Origin: Lingula anatina
Lineage: Eukaryota; Animalia; Brachiopoda
Length of the DNA: 64,000 nt
NCBI GenBank assembly: GCA_051362555.1
Contig: CM120645.1
Coordinates: 19,282,001-19,346,000 of the forward strand
Reading direction: 5' to 3'
Position numbers and translations under genes: made by a program. Of this stretch, positions 47,601-60,533 are shown piece after piece; position 1 is the stretch's first letter, and every line of letters starts with the position of its first letter. The notes beneath the pieces were generated by a model. That model was given only the letters and a program-made list of their open reading frames with translations. It did not search any database and was not told where the DNA came from.

Positions 47601-49269
47601 CGGACAGCAACACTGTAAGAAAAGTGGGGACGACGAGAAGTTTTGCGGGCACGTGACCTGCCCGCAAGAATGCAACTGCTTGGGGGAATCGATGCATTGC
47701 GTTAATAAGGACTTAACTTACATACCCACGTATTCTTTTAACCTAAGGGGGCTGATTCTTTCTGGCAATCCCCTTGAATTGTCAAACAAAACGTTTGATC
47801 AGCTAATATACTTGGTCAAGTTAGACATTTCAAATTGCGGACAACGAACACTACCAAAGAACTTATTCCGAGGGCTCCATAACTTACGTGATTTAAATCT
47901 ATCTCACAATTATCTGACAGCAGTTGAAGGGCACATGTTTCAAGATATGCATTTTTTGACAAATTTGGTCTTAACGAATAATCCAATTGCCACAGTTTTA
48001 GGTTATGCATTTATTGGGTTGCAGTCTTTGCAACACTTGACGCTGGCTAACATGATGATTAATTTTATTGATGCAAATGCCTTTATAGGTCTAAAAAATC
48101 TAAAAACTTTGGATTTGAACCATAACAATTTGGATACCCTTTACGACGGAACTCTGGCCCCTTTCGCGTATTTAAATGAACTTAACCTCGAAGGAAACCC
48201 TCTTACCAACGTCAACGCCAGTGCCTTTTCAATTTTAAACGCAGACCTCCTATTTAAAAGTGGTTTAGCGAGGCTGTGTTGTATAGCTAATCAGGTGATC
48301 AAATGCACGCCTCGGCCTGTCGGTCTGGTCACGTGTTCGGACTTGATCTCCGATGTTTTCTTAAAAGTGGTCATTTGGGTTTTATGTTTGGTTGCATTGT
48401 TAGGTAACCTGGTAGTTATTGGTTGGGTTAACGTCAGAGGGTCGCGAGGGAATGATATGGGTTTGGTCTTGGTTGTTTTCTTGGCGCTTTGTCAGGTCCT
48501 CTCCGGCACATACATGCTCGTTTTGGCTGTGGTGGACCAATTGTTTCGAGGAGAGTTTTATATTCACATTAACAAATGGACACACCACTGGTTGTGCAAA
48601 TCAGCGGCTTGCATTCTGAGCATTTCCATCGGAACCACTATGTACCTCATGGTTGCAATATTGGCAGAAGATATTCGTTTATTGCTTTTTCCTGGTATGA
48701 AAATTCCAAAGAAAAGCTACCCGATTTTGATAGGCATGGTAGTTGTTTTTTACACTGTTCTAAGTGCAATGCCAGTGATACACGGTTCCAATAGATCGAG
48801 TTTCTGTACTTTATTTGATCACACAAATGGAACGACATCTCCGTTAGACTGGTTACTTATATTTTTTAACTTTCTCCCTTTGGCCTTCCTCATATTTCTG
48901 TTGGTTGTTTTGTACAAATTGTGGTCTAAAATTAGAGATTGGGACATCGAGCAGGATGCTTATACTCGCTGGGCACAGGGTTTTGTCTGGATTATTTTTA
49001 CATTATTCGTGAACTGGTTTTCAATTTTGATTGCCAAGCTCTATGAAAGTGGTGTTGTGTCTGTTGTAGATTACGAGGGAATTCTTTTACTTCTCCTCAT
49101 GCCAGCGAGTCTCACGCTAAATCCGATCGTTTATGTGTATTGTAAACCAAAGGAACTCGAACATCTCGCAAGCAGGAGAAGTGACGGTGAAATCATGACC
49201 CAATCAACAGACGTACCACTTACCTCCCGCGAAGGGAACACATTTTCTCTGACACAAAGAGCAACTTAA
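41903..49269 (+). CDS. GRL101: GRL101-like giant receptor copy 2, 2064 aa
   Basis: Exons 41903-44668, 44902-45683 and 46623-49269 (6195 nt); same intron positions and phases as copy 1; frame intact. Confidence 0.88.
44902..45683 (+). CDS. GRL101: Copy 2 coding exon 2 (CTL)
   Basis: tttag|GAT; AG|gtgtaa; 782 nt as in copy 1. Confidence 0.87.
46251..46532. mobile_element. GC-rich AGGGGCGGATCCAG-type interspersed element in intron 2 of copy 2
   Basis: absent from copy 1 intron 2; the same start motif occurs near 19564; G-runs. Confidence 0.55.
46623..49269 (+). CDS. GRL101: Copy 2 coding exon 3 (LDLa-LRR-7TM)
   Basis: ttgcag acceptor; 2647 nt as in copy 1. Confidence 0.92.
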
Positions 49270-49871
49270 ACGTAAGGTCCCTGAGACCTGGTAACAGAGT
49301 TAATCGCAAAACTGTTGGTTATCGTTGAGTTGCACATTGCTCTGCTATGTCTGTAAATCTTGAATAGTCAAGTAGACAACATATCTTTACGATGGAAAAG
49401 GATATATCTGCACGATGCAGAGCCAAATGATGAGAAAAATGCTTGGTGGAGGGGTAACTGTTGAATTCGCACAATACACGCGATACGTGTAAGCAGGTGA
49501 TTTGTATCGCCTGTGATACTCATTGAGAGGCTGACTGAAGGAACAGTAAGAGGAGACTTTCTGAAGATCCCCAGCTCAGCAGATGATTTTAAAGAAGCAC
49601 TAAAACCCATTTTATGGTTGACCATTTAATACTTTACAGAACATTATAATTGGACATTTTCTCTTCACTTTTAATACCATTACTTTTTAAGCTAAATTAA
49701 TCCCTTTAACTTTGCCTTTTATTTGTATTTGTATTGTATTTTATTTGTTAAGTCTGCAAAAGGCATTTTCTTTTATTTTAGACTCTAGATTGCTGTATTG
49801 TTATAAACCCTTCCCTTCCCAACAGCCTACAACCGTTTATTATGTAGGCCTTATGTATGTTTGTATAAATA

Positions 49872-50726
49872 TACTGAACAAAAATATAAACGCACGAAAC
49901 TCAAATGGTCAGTTGAAATGGATAATCATGAAATATGCCCAGGTTGATGGTTTATTTGTGAACTGATGGATTTGTTTTGATCAATTATAGTGGTCTGGTG
50001 TCACTTGGCCGCTCCCCGTGAGTATACTCAAAGGTTCAGTTTTTACACCCATAAGACTAATGGAGCATGACGGAGTAGAGGTCAATCTGCAAGACCAATA
50101 CTCGGAAACTCTCTACCGTCTAGGCAATAAAAGGACACACCAAAATGTGTATTTCTGCCACTTGTCAACATGCCACAGATGTCTGGAACCATGAGGGAGC
50201 ATGCCATCAGCATGCTCAATGCTGGCTTGTCAGTAACAGAAGTTGCAGCATGCCTGAATGTACATCATTCCACTGTCAGCCGTCTGGGAACACGCTTCAG
50301 AGACACTGGTAGCATTAGGAACCACCCTTATGCACCATGTCGCCCAACAAACACCTGTGGAATGTTCTGGATCAGAGTTTTCAGCCATCATGTTCCAGCT
50401 CTCGAAAATGTTCGCCAACTGCATGAAGCACTCCAGGAGGAATGGGATAATATCCCTTAGGCCTCTATTGACAACTTAGTGATGTCCATGCGCCGCTGGT
50501 GTACTGCTCTGCACAAATTTAATGGTTTCTGTGAACTCAGGATGTTGACCCCCATGGTGTATTTGATGCCCAACTCTTGGACTACGCATTTAAACTTCCC
50601 CTAATGCTCTCAAAGTGATGTCTATTTGTCGAGAAAAATATGCTGTTATTTTTGGCTATATACTCTTGTTCCATATATGAAAATAAATCTACATATTCTT
50701 TCGTGCGTTTATATTTTTGTTCAGTA
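49872..50726 (+). mobile_element. Internally deleted Tc1-like DNA transposon, 855 bp
   Basis: Perfect 28-bp TIRs TACTGAACAAAAATATAAACGCACGAAA with TA on both flanks; ORF 50170-50460 has the N-terminal HTH (EVAACLNVHHSTVSRL..RFRDTG) fused to the C-terminal LQEEWDNIP; DDE core missing. Confidence 0.93.
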
Positions 50727-51797
50727 TATATAGTTACATTCCTTATGCGCTAAGATAATACAGAAATAAGCATTGCCATGATGGGGAAGGGAAAGGGGTG
50801 GACGGTTTTTGGGGGAGGGTGGCTGCAAACAAGGAAAACCTTATACATTAGAAAAGCAATTGTATTGTTCTCGAGTTTGTGACATTAGTATTGTAAAATT
50901 GATTTCTAACCTTAAAAAAATAATGATTTAAATAAATAACTAAAATACAGAATGATTAAAGAGAATAAATCATTTTAAATAGTTTAAATCATTCATGAAG
51001 AATACAATAATAACACTTATGTATTATTAAGTAAATGGTATCTAATACAATAATATAATATGGTGAACTTATTACAAACATGGGATAAACCAATTAAAAT
51101 ACAAAAAAATACAAAAATATGTCAAGTGTTCAATATTATATTCATTTCCAAAGAGTCACATATTCTCCCTTGCAGCAAGGTTTAAGTTAATGGAATCTGT
51201 CTCCATGCTTCCTGTGCAAGCTGTAAATATCTATAACTTTTAAGAATTCTGAAGATGGTGTCCAAGGAAGCCTCACAGAGTTATTCACTTTCAGACATGA
51301 ACCCAACTTTCAGGTTATTTGTTCAGAGATATTTTAGGTTAATATAATAATGTACCTTTGCTTGCATTTAGAGATTCATTATGGTATAGAACTCTCTGTT
51401 TACGGCTTTGCTTATCTCTGGGGTGCTGGATTGGCACTGTTTGATCAGTTGCCATTTGTAAACTATAGTTTCAGCTACAGTTAGTGTTAATTTAGTACAT
51501 CACAGCCACTAACTGTTGATAATGCTGTGAATAGCTTAATTAATTAATCTTATAGCATAACATGCATTACCACATGTGTAATTTAGCATACTACTGTACA
51601 TATGTAAACATATATATCAATGTATATCCGTATGTATTGTGTAAATAATGTAGTCTAGTGAGCCTGCAATGTATTCATATAATTTTGTGCTCAATAAACT
51701 TATTATTATTAAGAAGTCCCTTTTTTAAAATTTGATGTAATTTTTCACCATACTTTGTCGGGGCGATGAAGTTAGTGCCTAGTGTCAGTTTCCAGTT

Positions 51798-52620
51798 TCG
51801 TTTTTCAAAAACGAACTCGACAACCAGAAACTAGTATCGTTTTTCAAAAACGAACATTGCAACCAGAAACTAGTGTCGTTTTTCAAAAACGCACCTGGCA
51901 ACTAGAAACTAATCTGACAATAGAAACCAGAATCGTTTTTGCGGACGGAAATAACAGTGGATGGAGGAAGGGGTGACCGAGTAACCTCAACTGTGGAAGC
52001 GGGCAGGGCGTTACGGTCTCCCCTCGCCGTGTGAGGAGACCGAGACGACCGCCGATCATTGTTTACGACGCACAGGCCGCCGTTAGGTCTATAAGGGACA
52101 CAGGCAGCCTTAAAAGCGGACGTCGGGCAGGGTTTTATGGTCAATCGATCTCTTCAGCGCACAGGTTAGCCCCTGTGTGTCTCGCCTTGTTGTAGGGTGG
52201 AATAAGTTTGGTTTTATTATATAGTAATAATAATCAACAAATCTGGCTACTAAAGACTAATCGTCGTTTTTCTTACATTGATTTGCTAGAATTGTTTGAT
52301 TGTGTGTGGTGAGGGGAGTGTGGGATGAGGGTGAGGAGGGGGAAGGCCCCCGATCCTGATGGGGTCTCCCTTTGTTGTTTGAAGCATAAATTTTGTTGAA
52401 TTTTTCAAAAACGATTCTGATGCCCAGAGACCATTGTCGTTTTTCGAAAAACGATTCTGGTAACCAGAAACTAGTGTCGTTTTTGAGGAGAAAAACAGGA
52501 GTGGACGGAGGGAGAGGCGACTAGCGTCTGCGGCGCACAGGAAGCCTTCACCGTGGAAGCTGTGCTGAATATTACGGTCTCTCTCCGCCGTGCGCTGACG
52601 ACCTCCGATCGCTGCCTACA
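51798..52620 (+). repeat. 39-bp tandem units with palindromic core, plus a duplicated GC-rich block
   Basis: TCGTTTTTCAAAAACG at 51798, 51837 and 51876, related units at 52400-52485; block GTGGA.GGAGG..GTGGAAGC..TTACGGTCTC at about 51957 and 52501. Confidence 0.8.
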
Positions 52621-53167
52621 ATGAAACATTCTAGGTAATTGATAATAACTTGAACTGATTTTTTCACAACATGTTGTAGATTTTCTTTATGAATTTCGCT
52701 CAGTTAGTTATATGCAATTAACGGTTACTAAAAGTGATTTAATGAAACAATGTGCCGAACATTTTCTTTCAGAACAAAACAAAAGAAACTTGATATAATA
52801 AAAATGAAGACCATTTCTTAAAATTATTTTGCTCAGTTTTAATGTGTGTGTTTCATTTGTGCATAAACAGTTAAAATATTAATTCTGTAAATTCATGGAA
52901 AATTACCCATGGATGTAACAAACAAGACAATTCAATAAACTTGAACGGTTTCCTTTATAAGTGTCCATGTATGTTTCAAGAAGTAGAAAGAAAGAGAGAG
53001 AGAGAAAGAAAAAAATATCAATAAACCTACAGTAACGCTGTACCACAAAATTGAATGAAAATCCTGTCTTTTCTATTACATTCCCACCCCAGTTAGTTCA
53101 TTCGTCCTATGAAACCTGGTTTATATGCCCAGTCACGCAATATCAAGTATGTTAACTTTGAAAATGC

Positions 53168-53191
53168 GTTTTTATTTTTATTTCTGGTGTG
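53168..53191. repeat. (GT)n microsatellite (tract lies at about 53187-53211)
   Basis: GT tract following a T-rich stretch. Confidence 0.5.
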
Positions 53192-56100
53192 TGTGTGTGT
53201 GTGTGTGTGTGACTTCATCAATCCCTAATCGTCTTTTAGAGACGGAGACCTATTGTGCCTTTTCATAAACCAGACGATAATTCGAACCTAAGCGTCCGCA
53301 CGGAAAGTAGGTGACCTCTTCTTCATTATGTTAGTCACGTGAGGGTTTTAGTGACAGGTGCTCAGATAGGACCAAGGTCATAAGAAGATGGAGAAGAAGG
53401 ATGTTCCCTGTCATTTTACTGCTACTGCCACATGTAGGTCGAAAAGATGGCTCTGAACCCTGCAGCAGTATCTCGTAAGTTCCGTATAGATGATAAAAAA
53501 TATATTGTAGCATTTCTTAGTTTTGCATCAATCTTTGAGACAAGCATGTCTAAGTACATACTTTCACACAGTGAATACTTTACAAGATATTTTCCGGAAT
53601 GGTGCACTCTGTAGGCATAATGACCATGGGGATATCTAAGTGACGTAAAGGATATTTTCTCTTAGCTTCCCATCAATGCCTTTTGGGCATCCTTTTGTTT
53701 CTGAAATCATTAGTTTTCCTTAAGGGTTCAATGTGATATATATATTTATATAATTTTAAAGCTTAATTGCCATTTGTTAATTAAGGATACTGACACGAAC
53801 GGTAATAAACATTTAATGACAGTGTACTGTTTTATCAGATCTTTGTACATTGTTTTATGAATGAACATTCATTCCTTTAATTCCAGTGACTCCAAGTACC
53901 GTTTACGAAGATACCAGAAGCGTTCTACTCAGAGACACGTGTCGTGTTCGACACATAAAGCCCCACACCCATGCCAAGATTGTCACCTGTTCCTACGTTT
54001 GTCTGCTCGTTAATTTGCAGGGACGACATTTAGTGCGGAATGTTGCGTTTGCTTTTGGTTGTAATATTCTGATCCAAAACCTGTATCAAATTAAAAGTCG
54101 AACAAAATGAGCTTTTTTATTTATGAAACTTCTCATAGAAATTAAATCCATACTAAGCGTCCTCACCGCATGGTGCTGGTTTGCTTCTTTTGGTAATTGT
54201 ATGTCATAATACAGTGCTCTATCTGATCTTGTTGTTATAGGGGTAATTTATGTATACTTTTGGGTCGGGGTTGATACCCGTCCCATTTCGAACCTGAAAT
54301 GTTAGATTTGAAGTTCTTATTTAAGTGAAATAATGTCTGTATAAAAAAAGATAAAAGTGTTGCTTTAAAATAACATATATTAATTTCCAAGAAGAGAAAA
54401 AATTTGTTACTGAAAATATGTGTGGGCAAATCTGCAACTTGACACTTCCTTGTGAACTTGAAGACATACTCTTATTCATTTTAAATGATGTTGACTTCCG
54501 GGAAGAAAAGACATTGCAATCCTATTACGTAAAATGCATATAGGAAGCTTTTAATTATATTTATCGCGTGTTCAGTCGTAAAAGAGGAAGAGCTGTAAAT
54601 CTTCAAAAGACGCTGTTAATAGAAGGTATTACACCTTAGAAATTCCAACATTATTTATTGGGCAAAATGTGCAACGTTACTGCAGAATTGTCTACATGTA
54701 CATGTGCTATAATGATCTTTTAACAATTGTGAATATGGCACTGTGGCTGTGAATAAACTTCCTCTGGTCCTCGGTGTTTTCAGAGCTGGGTGGAGACCAA
54801 ATATCTGTTTTCTGAAACAAAGTTAAACCATTGGGTGGGGTAAAGATTGTCATCCGAAATAAAAATTAATTTAATATTGCAGTAGTAGAATGAGGACCTT
54901 TGTTGCATAAATGATAAGAAAACTGTTCCTATAGTTGACGACAAAAATTTTCCGGGATTGGGATCATTTATATGGCGTTTAGGACTTGTATTACAAAACA
55001 GAAGTGTCGAAAAACAAAAACGGGAAATAGACTTTATTTAGATATTGTTTGCCCATATTCTACTAAAGTGTGTATAAACCTTAATACTCTGATTGGTTTG
55101 AATTTCTAAAGCGAAAAACATGCCTAAAATTTGCAGAGGAGCTTTCTAATTAAAGTTGTTCTGTATTTTTATACATTTTAATTTTTTTGGGAGCAAGGGG
55201 TGATTGAGAAAGGTAGGCTTGGTAAGGTATCAGTCCGGCATACCTGTGTGTGTTGTGCTTATTGTCATCACTGAACACCGAGAACCAGAGTTGATTTTAA
55301 GTGAATGTGAAAAGTCACTTTACACTAATTTTTGCGTAACCTTTTCAGTTTTGTTTGTATATTATTCTGAGTTTGGTTAATACTTGGATAATCTTGTAAA
55401 CCGTCCATGTCTTTATGTCGCTCCAAATTCCCATGCTTTGCAAATGTAAATTTTCATTCACAATTACGCTATGTATGTTATTTATTTTCGGATTTATTGC
55501 AAAAAAAAACAGTTTTAAAAGTTTTAGAGTGGCAAAACAACCAGGATCTTACAAACATGAAGACATTTTGGCTACTGTTCAGGTGTGCAAACATCAACAA
55601 GACGACATACGACAAGGTGGCCTTGCGTGTGCTTTAGTGCATGAATGATGCTTACCGCAGATTATTTGCATTTTTTTACATTGTTACAACCTCTTAATTT
55701 GGACGGAAATGTTTTTGGTGGAATTCAAAGAAGACAAGGCACTTATGTCAACTTTGACAAAAATTTGCCAAGTTATATTTATGAAAAAATACATTTTGTC
55801 TATGATCAATTCAATTCTTGTCTTTCAAATGTTACGATCTTGAACTTATTTTTCATAAATCAAAGGCTTCCGTCTTTAAGTAACAATGTTTAAAATGTAT
55901 AAAATCTTCGACTTGTTTTATTTACAGATATGTACTGTCTTTGTTTGTTTGTTTGTTTGACAGATTTTACTTTGTAAAGTTTTGTGCACAAAATGTTACA
56001 ATTTCATTATTTTAATGCTGTAAGTATTTAGTTTTGACAATAATAAATTTAAAAGTGCTAAAAACTTGCGAAAGTATTTCCCTGGCTCACCTCGAGCCCT

Positions 56101-56249
56101 ATATCTCCCGTTTGCTCTTCTCCCGTCTTATACCTATTTGAGCTACTGACTCAACGTATTTTACTACGATCGTGGGACTCTCTTGTCTCAGTTTAAATAA
56201 CTCATTTGGATTTTTTTTTTTTGCAAAAGGTAGTTAGCTGGGACCTAGA

Positions 56250-56312
56250 GGCCCCAGGTTTCGAACACGGGTCTTGCTGGACCCGAGTCGTGCGTGCTAT
56301 CCACTCCCATAA
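56250..56312 (-). mobile_element. tRNA-derived SINE head remnant
   Basis: Minus strand ..GAGTGGATAGCACGC..GACCCGTGTTCGAAACCTGG with a weak A box and a B box GTTCGAAAC. Confidence 0.4.
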
Positions 56313-59300
56313 GTGTTTCTACCCCTGGTAGACTTTTTTATAGTAACTAAAGGGAATTTTAAAAGCCTTTCTAGAAAAGAACTTTACATGTTCCAAGTAC
56401 CCGAATCGAAACCCGACCCTTAGAGTTTCACTGGGTCAATGAAAACGCTAAGCCATTTTGCATATAATTGTAAAGTTTTTTATTTTGAGCAATATAAACT
56501 TCCACTGATGTTTTATCATATTGGTAAGATATATTTAAAAATATTTAAGTCATTTTAAGTTTTGAATATCCATACATTTAACAAAAATGTTGATATCTGC
56601 ATTAAGACTCATTCAAGTTTGATTTTATAAATAAACTATCTAATCGACTGCTTGACTAATGTTTGATCTTGTTTTAAAATTAAACAAATTATTTCAGATA
56701 AGAATGACAATCAGATTTTTCAATTTCATTTTTAACGAAAACAACGGCAGATCTACTGGTAGTACTTGTTTAACCCTCCACACAATGGTAGGTAAAATTC
56801 GAAGATTGTCAAGAATTTCAAAATATAACACCTTTCCAAAAAAACATATGTCTCTGCCATTGTTTTTGTTTCATTTTAACCATAAGGTTCTGTGAATTTA
56901 TTTTAGGATATGGCTTTTTCCGACAATTATTGCTTGGAAGGAAAAAAATGTTCCTATGTTTTGAAAAAAAAATCACCACAAGCCGTTTGTGAAATAAATT
57001 TCAACATTTACCAGTAACTGATAAGTTCAAATAGTCTTCAATGGGGAATGTGAAAAAATAATCCCCTGCAGAAATTGATTATTAAAAAAGCATTTAAGCA
57101 ATTGCGACATATGTAATTAGCAAACCTAGGCAAAATGGAGGGACAAATCATGGTATCACTTATACCACCTTGCATTTATATTTCAAAGTCCAAAATTTTG
57201 TAACAAATGGTTTGTAACTTTCTGAACATAAATTAATATTCTCATACGAGAACATAAACATCGCTTCTGCATCTGCTGTCCGATATGCAGAAGATCCTGC
57301 GGAGATAGAATTGTTAAAAAGCAGCAGAACTTTGAAAATGGTAAACTTTGGATCACATGACCGTTCCCTTCATCTATATGCAAAAGTGAGGTCTGTTCAA
57401 CAAATTAATACCACAAATACAAGTTAATTATATTAATTAAATATTAAGATTACAATCCAGATGAACAAATTTCGATTACAAAAATCGTTCAATATATCCA
57501 TGTTCTTTTTATGGAAAGTTTAACAGGTATTTTTGGTCTAGCTAAAGCAGGTTGCCACTACATGTAATTTTCGCAAATTCAGTCTTAAATGTGTGAACTT
57601 AATATACTCCATTAGTCAAACAAAATGATCGATTGTGACCCGTACAAATGACACTTTACACAACAAGACAAGTTTTCAAGCTTAAAGATTTTAGAAAGAT
57701 CCGAGTTTTAAGTACCTAGATTTTAAGTCACCCTCGCTATGGAGATAAAGTTTTGTGGCTTTCACAGGTGGCAATTGAATTATAGAAATTTGTAACCCCA
57801 AATGGGGTTTTCAGATCGTAGTTTTCGAAACGGTTTTTGGATAAAGTAAATCTAAAGGGAAAATTGCCTTCAAAATAAATAATTTAATTCCAGGAATTCG
57901 AAGCAAGTGAAAAATTGTAAATGCTAAGTTCCGAGTGACGAGTGAAAATAAAAAAATGTGAAAATTCTTAGTCTTTTGATAGAATTTTGTCAACTAAGCA
58001 TTAAACAATTTGCGTTTTAATTATGTATTACTTGCTAGATCAATAACTTAAGAGTGCTTCAGTATTATTTATTTCCTTCAAAGCATTTAAAGGACATAAG
58101 TAACATAAATGACCAAATGTGCAAAATTATGTGAACACAGTTTTCAAGGTACCTTGCTTTGCGCCTTTTGATGAAAAGGTCAAATTGAGCTTCATTTGTG
58201 AAAATGAAAAAAGTTTTTTCGTTTTTGGACATTACATTTTCATTGAAATAAACGCCTAGTCACAACTTGCTGCCTTGCTGAAGAATACCGCGAATAGTTT
58301 TACAAAAGTCACGGAGGCAAACGCGGACTGATAGTTATAGTAAATCATGTTTTAAGCCATAAGAGGCGGTTTTATTCTTTGGCAATATAAAACAAGTTTT
58401 GTTAGTTATGACTACGCAGTGTAAAATATGCCTCGTTTTGATTCTTTACAATAGGCTTTACATTTTGGAGGTAAAAAATCATGGCATATTCCTTTAGACA
58501 GAGCGTTTTTGATTAGACAAGATGATATTGGCATTAGCCATAAATAAGAAATAAAATTATGTTCAAGCATTATTTGTAAATTGGCGTTAGCAATTCGCCC
58601 CTTATGCCTTGAACATGGCTGATTTCATAATCAGTCACGCAGAAAGCAGTGTTACTATTTTAATACTAGATCACATACTCCAATGGATCGAAATATTTAA
58701 TTTTATGGTGTTATTTGTGAAAACATGCCAAAATAAGAAATTAGAGTATATCACTAAATCTTTATCTTGTTATTAATTTTCAATTGTGACTATTTTGCTG
58801 TACTAAAATTATGACACAATTTCATTACAAACCATGCACTCACTAAAGTCAACAGCCAAAATTTTAAAAGAGACATTGTACAGAATTTTCCCCATCTAGA
58901 CTATTTCGCATGTAAAAAATACTGCCACTACTTATTCTACCGATGTAGTTTAAAATTCTCTGCAGTTAACATGAGGCACAATTGCACTTTTCGCTGCCAT
59001 AAGATACGTGATGAAATAAAGGAAGCATGGAGGGCAAAAATGTCACTTGGGGAAAATATTGACAAAGTTATCGACAAATACCTAAAACCTGCCTTAGAGC
59101 GTTTCGTTGAATCGGTTAAACCTGAAATATCCACTTAGTATCCTGATCGCCTCGCATCCATACCCTGGTCACTCAGAACTGAAAAACAAGTGACATCTCT
59201 TCCAAGGGTTCAGGTTTCAAATGGTCCATTAGGGTAGGAGGCAGGAAGAGCTAGGAAACCGCCCTTACTATTTAGTAGTAACCATAATTTAAAACACAAA

Positions 59301-59936
59301 ATTTGATTAACAATGTAGTAAAATAGTAATGCACAGAAGGCTTTTGTTTCCTGTATATTTCAAAATAAACTAGATTAAATTAATTAAATTAAGCTTCAGA
59401 CCCTTACACACCCCAAAATAAAATTGCATTATGTGGGCCACTGGCTATCCTTATATGGTCTATCGCATGCTGAAATCTGAGCAGTTTTAGCCGGGTTTGA
59501 CAAACATATAGCGCCATCTAGAGGAGTACAGAAATTATCTGCTCTGCTGCATTCTGTAACTTAGCATATTGTTTTAGTGTGTGTGTGTGTGAGTGTGTGC
59601 ATGCACTTGCGCGTGCTTAATCTTCAGCACCACAGAAATGGCGATAATAATGCCAGCGATCTGGCACATACAACAATAAAGTATTGATAGTCATTTATGA
59701 GAAAAACACCAAAACTTTAGGACTTAAAATATTGTCAACCAGAACCATACGGGCTGTTGCCATAACTGTTAAGAAAATATAAAATAAAATAATAATTGAA
59801 ATGAAAAAACAATATATCTTTTCACATTTATCGGCATTGATATACATGTATGAATACCCCGTGTACACTGATGATACTCAGATCTATACTTGCTGTGGCA
59901 TACATAATAGAAAGCATTTAAGATTATACTTAAAAG

Positions 59937-60533
59937 GACAGGAAATGGATGCATGCAAATGCTCTTTTGCCTGAAGCAACCTGAAGCAACTCACTAAAGT
60001 TGAACACGCCAGTGCGGCTATTAGATATTTTAATCAGGATTATATTGTGATACGTACATTTCAGGCCCTTTAAGAAAAAAAGTAGCAAGAAAAAGTCACT
60101 TATGTACTCAAACATCAAAGTGCTGTCGTGAGAGAGAGGATGATATGCGGCTATTTTCGCAAAACACAATTAGCGCTTCGTCAAGAAGCCACCGGGCATC
60201 TATGTAATACTGTATAGAGTTTTTCTTATCTTTGATAATGGACAATTTGGTGCAAAACACCTGCTACTGGATTCGGAAGAAACATATATATATATATATA
60301 TTCCAAAAAGTGTTCAATCGAGATACAGTATGTGTCTTAACCTTTTTATGGTGAGGAAACTTAAGAAGACGTTTGACCTCAAAAACTGGGTGTTTTCCAT
60401 ATAATTTATTCTAGTATGCATATCATCGTGCAACCCTTCTCAGTGCACCATCTGATTCCGATCACCTCACAGTAGAAAGCCAATTTGGTCCCTCGGTTGT
60501 CCTGTATACGCCCGCTGTCTCTGAGGCGAGTTC
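59937..60533 (+). repeat. Extra partial copy of the receptor upstream block
   Basis: homologous to about 21120-21880, 40245-40980 and 62530-63170 (GCCTGAAGCAACC, GATAATGGACAATTTGGTG, CTCACAGTAGAAA). Confidence 0.85.

Noticed and set aside
41903-49269. Copy 2 as an uncollapsed haplotig of copy 1
   Set aside because: Introns, flanks and TE content differ extensively and a third distinct copy follows, so true paralogy is more likely
51798-51940. CRISPR-like palindromic repeats
   Set aside because: Spacers are homologous and too short, there are no cas genes, and the context is eukaryotic
53331-53413. Minus-strand signal-peptide-like MTGNILLLHLLMTLVLSE
   Set aside because: Stops after 27 codons with no convincing donor
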